Shown here in pieces: positions 13,098 through 24,430 of a DNA stretch of 64,000 nt. Source of the stretch: Cycas panzhihuaensis (lineage: Eukaryota > Plantae > Cycadophyta); assembly GCA_023213395.1 (NCBI GenBank), contig CM041465.1, positions 147,505,741 to 147,569,740 on the forward strand, given 5' to 3'. A program made the translations under genes and the position numbers. Every line of letters starts with the position of its first letter. The stretch's first letter is position 1. The notes below the pieces were generated by a model. That model saw nothing but the letters and a program-made list of their open reading frames with translations. It did no database searches and was not told the origin of the DNA.

Positions 13098-14698
13098 TGT
13101 TGGAAATCAAGGGCCAACTCTAGGATTAATAGACTCCATTTAGACCTACAATTTGATGAAAAATAGGGAGCTACAATCAATTATTGGAGAACTTCTAAAG
13201 TAGTTAGAGTAAATAACTATGGAAAAAAAAGAAAAGAAAATTCAAGGCCAATCCACATAATAATAGGTAGATCTAAGTGAGATGATCAAATTAGGTCAAT
13301 CAAGTGGGGTTGGTCAATCCATAGGCTAATCAAACCACGCTAATCCAAATGTGGGGCTGATCCAAGTGGCAAGTTGGCGAAACTTAATAATGCTAATTGA
13401 GTGACAAGGTAGTGGAGGGATTCGTATTGATCTATCAATCAAATTAATAACCCACATCTCATGAATGTCAGTCGATCAAGATGCAACATAGTTGATCGAT
13501 GAGCCAATTAACATACTAAATCATCGTTGAGGGCCAAAAACGCCGATCAGGGTAAGAAATCGAACCATGGATGCCAATCAAATTCAACGAGCTAATCTAG
13601 AGTTGCTAATTAAATTCATAGGCCAATTATGGGCCAACTAAAAACTAGAATTACCAATCACAGACAATAAAAAGGAGGGGATCAATTTTAGTGGGTTGAT
13701 CCAAAATCACTAATTAACATGATGATCAAACACCATTGATATTGCTTGTTGATTAATGGCTTAACATTCATAAGCAATCATGATTTGATTCAATTGAGTG
13801 CTTGAGGGATTCATCACAGGCATCACTGTTAGAAATTAGAAACTTGATTGAGCAATTGTTTAATTGTCAATCTAACATGGACTATCACAAAGGCCAAGTA
13901 TTGCACAAACTAATATAACTGATGACAATGCCAAGTGAAATATCACTATGTCATTACAATTTTACCATTGTTGACGCCATCTCATCAAATGTCTTCAAAG
14001 AAGGATTGATTACAAATTGAAAAGAAGCCTTGCCACCAACTAATTTTGAGCACCACAAACCACTATGTGATAGGATACATAAGGTTGATTAGAGATGCAA
14101 TACATCAGGCTGATTAGAAATCACATGGATACTAAGTAATTTTGCGACCATTGTTGATCACATTCAAGCTTCATTTCTTACCTAAGTTAATTAGACACAA
14201 TGACCATTGGTAGAGCTAGGTTGATCAAAGGAGGATGAACCTAATCAAACTAGGTTGGTCCTTGTTAACTAGAGTTGGACCTACATGATATAGGTGTTTC
14301 ATCAACAAGAGGTCGATCATGTAGAGGTGAGGATTGTTAACGTGTGACACCAATTAGTGACCACTATCATTGCCTATCTAAAGTAGCATCACCGATCAAG
14401 CCATAATCATCGATCAATGCTTCATGTTATCAATCAAGTCAAATGGTTCAACCACTTCAGAAGTGTAGATCAAAGCAATGGGTTTCATCATTGACCTATA
14501 AGAGTTTCAAGTGCCAATCAAGGGCTTGATAGACTATCAATCAATGATTTGTTGCCAATCAAAAGAAGTTGATCACTTGTGATTAATCATATTGCAGAGA
14601 GGGGTCAATCGTTGGCAAACAATTACGTTAAAAATCACATTGATTAGAGCAGTGGGTATGATCACAACACGTTGATCAAAGGGGTTTTAAACATGGTT
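13098..14698. repeat. Degenerate GATC/ATCAA/TTGAT-rich segment, probably a long LTR, truncated at 14698
   Basis: Begins TGTTGG and has a high density of (T)GATCA/CAATCA motifs. It has no ORFs and joins abruptly to a truncated LTR of element F. Confidence 0.4.
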
Positions 14699-17528
14699 TA
14701 TAATAAAGCACCTATGCATGAGGTGATAACAAATGTAAACAATAAATGAACAAACAAAAGAATGTACAATATATAAGACAATAAAACTTGTGGGAAATGA
14801 TCAACTCCAATTATTGCATTTGGTAGGAATACATACTTATAGTGCATAGTCACCTCATACTTGTCCAATCACATGTAAGAACCCTTATGTCCACCAATAG
14901 GACATTTACATGAATTTACATGAAAAGGTGTGCACCACCTTGCACACAACTTAATTATTCTAAGTTAATAATCCTACAAGAGAGTTAAGGGGGGCTCCTT
15001 AACATTAACATGAACTAATTAAACATTATCTCTAAAACCCCCCCATAATGTTTAATTACATAAATCAAATATCACATCAACCCATCATCACATCAACAAC
15101 ACTCTTTCATCAAGGTAGGAACCACCACCTTTGTAGGAAACTCCTTCAGGTACATGATTTTGTCATCACCAAGTCAACTATTCTAGGAACAGGTCGAATT
15201 ACCTTGCCAGTCAAATAAATTGAAAGCAAGAATAACAAGCGGATCCCACCTCTTGCTAAATGAGATTTAACGGCTACTTCTTCTTCTTCTTGAAGCCTTC
15301 ACCAAATGGCTTCATTCTCTATCAACAACACTCTTGCTTGGCCTACTCTCAACATACAACCACCCAATCTTGCGATTACAAGGTTCACTATCCATCTATC
15401 AATCAACAAACAATTATGCTTGAAGTCTCAAACTTTGAGCTCTTCAAGATTTCATACAACCTGCTTGTCTGCTTAAAAATACACACCATACAAATACTAG
15501 CAACATAGGATGTGACTTCATAAAAACCAAATAACTCTCTCATTAAGTATTTTTAATTAGCATGGGTTCTTTAGAGCCTCAGAAATATGTTAAGCTCGCT
15601 TTCCTTGATTAAAATCTACTTGATATCAAACTCAAAAGATATCATATCATAACTCATTTTGACTGCGATGAAATAATGAAGCCAACACACCTGATAACAC
15701 TTAGATTTGATATTCTAGTGAAGAGATATTGAAGAAACAATGCTTGTATGTTATCACAAAAGTGAAATTGGGCAAAAATAAAGGTAAACTCTTTTCGTGA
15801 ATAGCTTCAAGTCACATGCTAATCTCCATATGACCATGACTTAACCTGTTGGGGGTTTATGAACTCCAAACCAATATTCAATCTAATTTAATCAAGCCAA
15901 ATGTTTGCAAACTTTTTTATACTTAATCAAAATTTGCCCTCCTCCTCTGTGCGGATCTGTTGACAAGTAGAAAACGAATCATATCAATTTGGAAATGCAT
16001 TGAATTGATTGAATTGCTTAAAGTCATCATCCTTTGTATGCTAGATCTTCATTTGGCTCCTCACAATCAACATAGACAACTATTTCTTCTATGTCCTCCT
16101 CATCGTCTGGCTGCTATGCAAACCTCATCACAGACGTCTTCCATCATCCTCTATTAGTTATTACAAAGCGTTGAGCATTTCTCATTCGCGCATCCCATTT
16201 GTTGCGGGTTGTTTCCTCATCAACCAAGTTTGTCTCTTAGGGCTTTGAGAGGGCAGCCCTCCGTTCTCACATAGCCTTCTTTTGTAGCCTCCATTATCAC
16301 TGTGTCTCCATTACAACCATTAGTCACATCTACGAGTGACTCCACGTAGGTAAAATCTTCCACTCTTCAAGCTTGTGCTTCATGCTATCCATGATTAACA
16401 ACTCCATCGTCCATGTAGATGCCATTCTACATATAGTTGGGCGGCAACTATATAGTGGGCATTCCTCTCATTTCTTCCATGACAACCATACTTCCACAGC
16501 TGGTTATTCCTATGGACAGTCACACAGATGATCCTTCTTCAATTGTTAACTCCATTAGTGGGTGGCCCTTTGGGCATTCTATGGTTGGCTCTTCATTCCA
16601 TCATGGCTACAGTGCATCTCTTAGCAGGTGTAGTGGTGGATGATCTCCAATCCCCCTTTTTCTTTTTAATTCATCATGGCTAGGGTTATAGCCATCAATG
16701 CATTTTTCTTCATAACAACCATCTCCTCTGCATAGGATCTTACTATGTTCTTATCTCCACTTATGGTGGCTATCCAACGATTGAGGTTTTTCATGCATCA
16801 AGCAGACCGAGCGACCATCTTTTCTCTCTATTTTTCATAGAGATACGCAAGAATAACACAAGGGTTTGGCGAGGATTTTGACCATGTCATTGTAGTGTAA
16901 AATGCTCTTTGCACACGAACATTTATATGAGGGGCGCCAACAAAAGGTTCTAGAGAGCAAACTCCATGCGCAAAATGTTATGTGCAGAACCCAAAATTCC
17001 AATCTTTAATTATGGCTCATACTAATTCTTTGACTGATGTCTTTATATCATGGTCTCATCTTCTTATTAAATGTAGGCTAACCTTGGCTCTTCAATCTCA
17101 CTACTTTAATTTGCTCCAAAGGATTGATCATGCTATCCTATTATGATACGATGCTAGAATTATAATAGAGCAAATCTATTGGGCATATGAAGATATAATA
17201 AAGCACATATGCATGAGGTGATAACAGATGTAAACAATAAATGAACAAACGAAAGAATGAAGTATGTACAATACATAAGAAAATAAAGCTTGTGGGAAAT
17301 GATCAACTCCAATTATTACATTAGGTATGAATACCTACTTACAGTGCAAGTCACCTCATGCTTTTCCAATCACATGTAAGAACCCTTATGTCCACCAATG
17401 GGACATTTACATGAATAGGTGTGCACTGCGTTGCACACAACTTAATTATCCCAACTTAATAATCCTATGATCGTGTTAAGGGGGACTGTTTAACATTAAT
17501 ATTAACTAATTAAACATTATCTCTAATA
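14699..17528 (-). mobile_element. Element F: non-autonomous LTR element of the B/E family (5' LTR ~17152-17528, truncated 3' LTR 14699-15037, PPT 15038-15044) inserted in the RT of copia C
   Basis: 14699-15037 is a direct repeat of ~17194-17528. Poly-C PPT on the + strand; degenerate PBS TTATGATACGA at 17141-17151. The RT of C stops at DLGLLHSI at 17529. Confidence 0.85.
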
Positions 17529-20500
17529 GATAGAATGCAGGAGGCCAAGATCAAACGTCCCAAAAGCTTCAGAAAGCGGTTTCTTGTGATAGTTGATTTG
17601 AGAAGTGTTACTGTTAGTAATAATGAGGTAATCAACATAGACAATTACAATAAGTATCTCGACATTCTCGTGTTTTATATACAAACTATGATTTGATTCA
17701 CACCTAGTGAACCCAAAAGAAATGAAGTAATCATCAATGCACGAATACCATTCCTTTGGTGTTTGCTTAAACCTATACAAGACTTTCTTCAACCTACATA
17801 CAAGATGCTTTTTACCAACTTGCACAAAACCTTCAAGTTGTTGCATATAGACCTCCTCATCAAGAATGTCATGAAGGAAACCACTCTTGACATTCATTTG
17901 GTGGAGTTCCCAGCCAAAACAAGATGCAAGATTTACCAGCATTCAAATGGTAGTCATTTTGGCCACAAGTGCAAAAGTCTTTTCAAAATCTACACCTTTA
18001 GCCTATGCATATGCTTTGGCTATAAGTTGAGTCTTGTATCTGTCAATAGCACCATTAGATTGATACTTCACTTTGTACACCCACCTACAACTAATAGCTT
18101 TCTTATTTGAAGGAAGCTTAACAAGATTCCATGTGTCTTTTTTAAGAATGGAGTCATACTCCTCCTACATAGTTGACTACTAGTGAGATCTATCCTTAGT
18201 TTTAACAAATGACTCAAATTCATCAATGTTTGAGACATTTAACATTAATACATAATTGACCTTGCTCAATGTCTAAACACTTAAGGGTTTCTTGATGTAT
18301 CCAGCCTTGGAATCTTTAATCGTTTGAGTATACCACTTGGATAACTTTTTAAGAGGAGAGGAGGAAGATGGAGCATCTACAAGAATTTGTTTACTCCCTT
18401 CACTCTTTTCATCATTTTCATTCTTCACTTCTTTAGCATTAACATTTATAATAGGAATAATTTCCTCATTAGACTCATCAAACAAAACATCCATATTTAT
18501 TACAATCTTCCTCTCTGAAGGATCCTAAAACATATAAGCTTTAGATGGCTCATTATACCCAACAAGAATGCACTTATAACATTTGTTATCAAGATTTTGT
18601 CTCTTTACATTAGGCACATGTACAAAAGCAATACATCCAAACTCTCAAAGATTATAAAATGAGAGCTTTCTACTCATCCAAGCTTCTTCAGGAGTTATGT
18701 TCTGAACTGCTACAATTAGACTTATGCTCAATATATACACAATTAAATTCACAACTTTATCCCAAAAACCATTTGAGACATTTTTGGCTTTAAGCATGCA
18801 TCTAGCCATCTTAACAATGGTGTGATTCTTCTTTTCAGGCACACCATGTGGTGTATAGGATGCAGTCAATTGTCATCGAATGCCATGATTCTTGCAAAAT
18901 GTTGTGAATTTAGTTGATGGGTACTCAACTCTATTGTCACTTCTCAGCATTTTGAGCTTATTTCCAAAGAAGTTTTTTGCTCAAGCCTTGAACTCCTCGA
19001 AGTTTGTAAATGCTTCCAACTTATTCTTTAGAAGGTAGACCTAAGTCCTCTTGATGAAGTGGTTAATGAAGGTCATGAAGTACTTTGCACTTTTAAGTGA
19101 AATTGGTGTAAGTGGTCCACACAAATAAGAACGAACCAAATCCAATATGTTCTTAGCCCGCCATTCAGACTTGACAAATATCTCCCCATGTTGCTTCCCT
19201 AGTGCACATGCTACAGATATTAGCACATTTCTGAATTAGAGAAAGATCATATACCATTTAAAACTTATTCAACAATTGAGGATTGCAATAGTTCAAATGA
19301 CCAAAACAACCATACCATAAAGTATCAGATGTAATTGCAACAAAACCACACTTAAGTGTGTCAGAGAATTTATACAATCCATTCTCTTTAGTTCCTTAAA
19401 CAATTACAAAATCACCATCTTTTATGACACATTTGATTGCGTTGAACCCAACCTTCAATTTTAGTTTAACCTCATGGCTCACAGAAAGCAAATTATGCTT
19501 AAATGATGGTACATAAAGCCTAGTAGAGATTTTAATCTTATGGCCAAATCGATTGAGAATAATTGTACCTTGCTTGACTGCTTTATATTGACTATCATTA
19601 CCTAGAACTATGGTTGATTATGACCAACTTTGAGTTTTTTAAACCATTCTTTACGAAAAGTAATATGATTCAAGGCACTAGAATCAGTGTACTAGGTACC
19701 ATTCATGCTAGATATAGCACTGAAGACAAAGACTTTCTCATCATCATCAATGAAAGTGGTATTTTTACTAGTTTTCTTCTTATCCATCTTTTTTTTTCAA
19801 CAGTTCTTTTTACATTGACCTTTTTTATTACAATAAGTGCACATGACATCCTATTTAGGTTCATTGTGGGATCAATTCATGCTATGAGAAGATGGCAAAG
19901 CTTGTTTAAGAGCATTCATGTGAAGCTTCTTTCTAAATTGAGATGCTAATGCTATGTTGTTGTTGTTGCTAGCAATGTAACATCCCATGCATTACTCCTC
20001 ATGCAAGAGTAAGTCTAGCTAACTCCTCAAAAGCAAGTGGCTATGCTCTCTCAGTTAGACATAAATTGGTTACAAAAATATGATAGCCTTCATGCAAGCT
20101 ACTAAGTGTAATGCTCATGAGCTCTTTATCCTTCGCTTTCTCACCTATTGCAATTAATTGATCTCTTATCTCCTTTAATTTCTATAAGTGAATGGAGATA
20201 GATTTGTCTACAGTCATTTTACATGAATAAAGCAAATTTCTTAAGTACAATACTCTTGTCTCAATGTTGGTCTTATACATTTCCTATAGAGCCTACTATG
20301 CATCCTTTGACGAAGTGTTGCCTCGAAGATGTGTGCAAGGTCATTAGCAACTGAAAGTCCAATGATTGCTAATGTTTCTCTATCACGGTCCTCCCAATCT
20401 TCAACATCTTTTTGTCACAATTGAGATAGATCGAGTAGATCTGATTGTGACTTAATTGGTGCTTACAGCTGGCTTTAGTTCCTTGCCTTCAATAAATTTC

Positions 20501-20616
20501 ATCAATTTCTTAAGGGCCAAAATATTAGAAATTTTGAATTTCTAAATTACATAATTTTTACCATTAAGCTTGTATGCATTTGGTAAAACATAACTGGTAA
20601 TGTTAAAACTAGACAT
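17529..20616 (-). pseudogene. gag-pol of copia element C (gag, protease, integrase, RT N-terminal part), many stops and frameshifts
   Basis: Start MSSFNIT..KLNGKNY; C-x2-C-GKQH; YTP..G.PEKKNHTIVKMARCML; WELHQMNVKSGFLH; LKKVLYRFKQTPKEW; VIVYVDYLII. Domain order is copia-type. Confidence 0.9.
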
Positions 20617-22595
20617 TGTAAGAAAGAATGCATGTGACCAAGACCACAAGCATGAGTTTATAAAGAAACTTAGTGGCTGCAAGGTCGTATTATAATTTTT
20701 GACCTTTGAAATGAAAGAACAATAAAAAAAAGAAAACTAGAGACAAAAACCATTGAAAATTGATTTCAAATAGTAAAGTTATGAGGTTTTGCCTCTTTTC
20801 AGAGTCTTAAACATTCACTGCATATGACTAGTGGCTAAAAAGCTTAGGTGCAAATTTCAAAACAGATTATAAATCACTTTAATTTCACTTTGTTAGGTGT
20901 AATATTTAATGTTGAATTATGTTAGTGTGTCCCCAACTCTCTCAACTAATATGAAATTGTGTCATTAAGGTGTGTGCATGCATGTCCACATATCCATGTG
21001 TTATCCTAGAGGTGTTCATAAAAGTTCTCATATGTGATCTGTGAGGTGACTATGTACTATAAGTATGTATTCATACTTAATGCAATAATTGGATCAAATC
21101 ATTTCCCACCAACGTTATTGTCTTATGTGTTTATCCATAGTTCATTGTTTGATTTATTTATAGTTTACATCTTTAATTACCTCATGTTATTTACATATTA
21201 TGTTCTATCCTTATATCTTTTTCTACATTGTATCATAGTTATTCTTTGTTTGTCTATTTTTTACATGGTATCAGAGCGGGTTAGGGTTAGAAGATTGAAG
21301 AGACCTCGTGCAAGATACGTCAATCAAGAATTCTGAAGATGTTCAATGTGAAGGTTATGTCGAGAGGATGTGATGCAAGTCATATGGAAGAAAATGTTGC
21401 TCAAATTGTAGGACAAAGAGGAAGCCAAGTGGGATGCATTAATGATGACATCATATGAAGCATCTTGAGGATTTAGATTCTATGTATGATATGGAACTGA
21501 TTGCAAACTCAAAGAAGAGATGCCTCACAATCTTGATCCATCTACAGAAGATATACCATTCGCCCATTTAAGCATAACTAGAGATTTTCATTGAGAAAAT
21601 ATGTTGTTATAAGAAGATGATTCCAACAAGTTTTAGAATCCTTGCCACTTCTTCCATCCATTACTGCATATGAAATCTATAATGTTATCAGAAATGGAAA
21701 CAACTATGTCCGATGTCGAAGATTTGAATGAAATTTTCCATGGCATTTCAGACCTTGTAATCAGTTAACAATTTGTGAGCAAATGGAGAATAGTGACGGA
21801 TTTCAGATTAACATAGTTCTAGCCTATAAGAAGAATGTGGATAAGAGGAGGAAACATGTCATAAAGCATGGGTAAGAACAACTACAAGAAATGACAATAC
21901 GACAAATGACTCACACTCCCCAACAATCTCATTATCGAACACAATATAGTATATAATTTATAGATTACAAATGTACTAAAGATATGAGTTAGTTCTAACC
22001 ATAACATAATGGCTAATTAACTACTCCCTCAAATTATGGTAGGCTATCAACTATCATATTTAATGTTGCAACCATTTTTGACTCCTACTAACCAATATAT
22101 TAATGACTTTGACTAAGAATATTCTAACTAAGAATATTCTCTCACTTAGAATATTCCATATGAGAAAATATTCTAATTACATGAAATGAACTTAAATGAA
22201 CATGTAATGGGAATGTACATTATTTCCAACACCCTCCCATAATGTTAAGTTCATTTCCTATCATAAATATCAGTGCCCTAAGTCTCTCAAATTTCTTACA
22301 ACCCAAAGTCTAGATGAGAACTTGATCTTTTGAGGGACAATACATCAATTCAATTATGCTATGCTCCACTTGCTATCGAATAGAATGATGATCTTGGTCC
22401 ACAATCTTGAATCTATTATGGAAACCCAATTCGTTGATAGCTGGAAGGCACCTTGGCTATCGTAGAACAATTAAATAAGTCACATATGGTTAAGAAGTCC
22501 ATTAAGCCAAAAATGGCTTCTTCGATGCTGTAACTATTGCTTTGTATAATGCCTTGGTGGAAATAAAAGACTGTCGATTGTTTCTTACTTATCCA

Positions 22596-22840
22596 AGAGA
22601 TCAACTAGAACTAAGTGACTATGCACATCCTGTTATTGATTTGACCTTTACTGTTGTAAGAGATCAACTAGGACCAAGTGGTCAATGCACATCCTTTCGT
22701 TGATTAGGATCAACCAGAAATAAGTGCCATCCATATCTTGTTGTTGATCAGGCTCAACCAGAACTAAGTGTCAATGCACATCCTATTGTTGATTAGGATC
22801 AACCAGAACTAAGTGTCATCCACATCTTGTTGTTGAATAT
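22596..22840. repeat. Minisatellite of ~6 x 43-45 bp (GATCAACCAGAACTAAGTGTCAATGCACATCCTATTGTTGATTAG-like)
   Basis: Six recognisable copies; the first overlaps the copia RNase H start on the minus strand. Confidence 0.85.
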
Positions 22841-23689
22841 GCCATTACATTTGCTTGTACAGAGCTGCTGAAGAGGATTTCATCATCCTCATGCAATACA
22901 TGCTAGTTGTGATCATCATTGCATGAATACCACACTCATTGTTTTGCTTCTCCAAATGTCATAATCGTAGCATATAATATCATGCTTTGTTCTATGCACT
23001 ATTGTATTTACCATGTCACTGTTGCTTCATAGAATTGTTAGGTGATTTTATTAACACCACAACTCTGCTACTATCATCATTATAACATAGTAAGTTGCAA
23101 TAATAAGCTACTAAACTCACAAATGAAAAGAGGTTGAGGTAGTCTACAAAGGTATGATAAGCCTCGTGTAGGTTGATAAGAGTAATGTACTCCACAATTC
23201 AACAACACAATTCACTCGTCTCCTTCAATTTCTACAAATGAAGAGAAATAGAGCATAGACATTTTATAAGAGTAAAGCAAGTATCAAGACTCTTAACAAA
23301 TTCATAAGAGTCTTCATGCATCATATGCAAGTAATTAAAGATGAGTAATCAACTCATCAATTAACTGGCAAATTAATGAATGTCAGTTTTCTAGGTTCTT
23401 ATTCTTCTATGCCATGTCTTGTCATGCCATGTTGCAATGCCATCAATTGGGTCTAAGTTGGCTTTTTGTCTTCTCCTTTAACAACTCCCATAGGTCTTTA
23501 TAAGACTGGAAAATGTTACATCACATAGAACTTACATCTTGCCTTAGTGAATCTGGCAGACTATAGTCAACAATTCATAGACATTTTATGAAGTCTATAA
23601 TTAAGAGAAATAAGAAGAAGTAGTGTTTAAATCACCACAAGTATGAGTGTCAGACATCACTCAGTGACCGCAAGGTGGATTATATTAAG

Positions 23690-24430
23690 AGTACATATAA
23701 AAAGGTTCAAAATACCTTTTAAATACTTCATGAAATGTTATCAAAAGAGGATGAAGTATAATAAAAAATCCTCTTAAAGTGCTTTCAAAAGAGGTCAAAG
23801 TACATTGAAAAATCCTCCTTAAAATACTTTTAATGTACATTAAAAATTCCTATTAAAATAGAGTCAAAGATATACTCTAATGAGGGTTAGGGACATGAGA
23901 AAATTGCCCTTGAAGTGCTCTTTAATTGAAGTCAAAATGTACCCTTTAAAATAAGACAAATTAACAAGCTTTAAATAGCTTGTGTCTCTTTAAGTTATCG
24001 GGCCCAATAAATATTTCTAAAGAGGATAAAGTACATTGCAGTAATCCTCTTAAAATACTCCTTTTAAATGACACCAGAAATGTACTTAAAAAGAGGAAAA
24101 GCCATAATAAAATCCTCTTAAAGTACTATATAATTGAAGTTGAAAAGATATATTTCAAAGAGAATAAAATACTTTTAAAAACCTCTTGAATTAATCGTTT
24201 TAAATATCGCCAAAAGTGCTCTTTTATGCCACCAAAAATGTACCTTAAAGAAGAGGATAAAATGTATTAAAAATCCTCTTAAGGTACTATTTTATGTTGC
24301 CAAGAAAATATTTTTAAATAGGATTAATACCAATATTAATAACGGATTGAATCCTTTTAAAGTACTCCAAAGCAAAATACACTTAAAGAGGATTAACACA
24401 TGACATTAAATCCTCTTATTATATCTCCCC
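23690..24430. repeat. AT-rich degenerate array of AAGAGGAT-N15-18-ATCCTCTT inverted-repeat units inside element H
   Basis: Paired motifs at ~23745, ~24019, ~24091, ~24252 and ~24386, plus further degenerate copies. Confidence 0.7.

Noticed and set aside
22596-22840. CRISPR-like appearance of the ~44-bp repeats (also the array at 23690-24430)
   Set aside because: Units are head-to-tail with no unique spacers, the 44-bp unit derives from copia RNase H DNA, there are no cas genes, and the context is eukaryotic.
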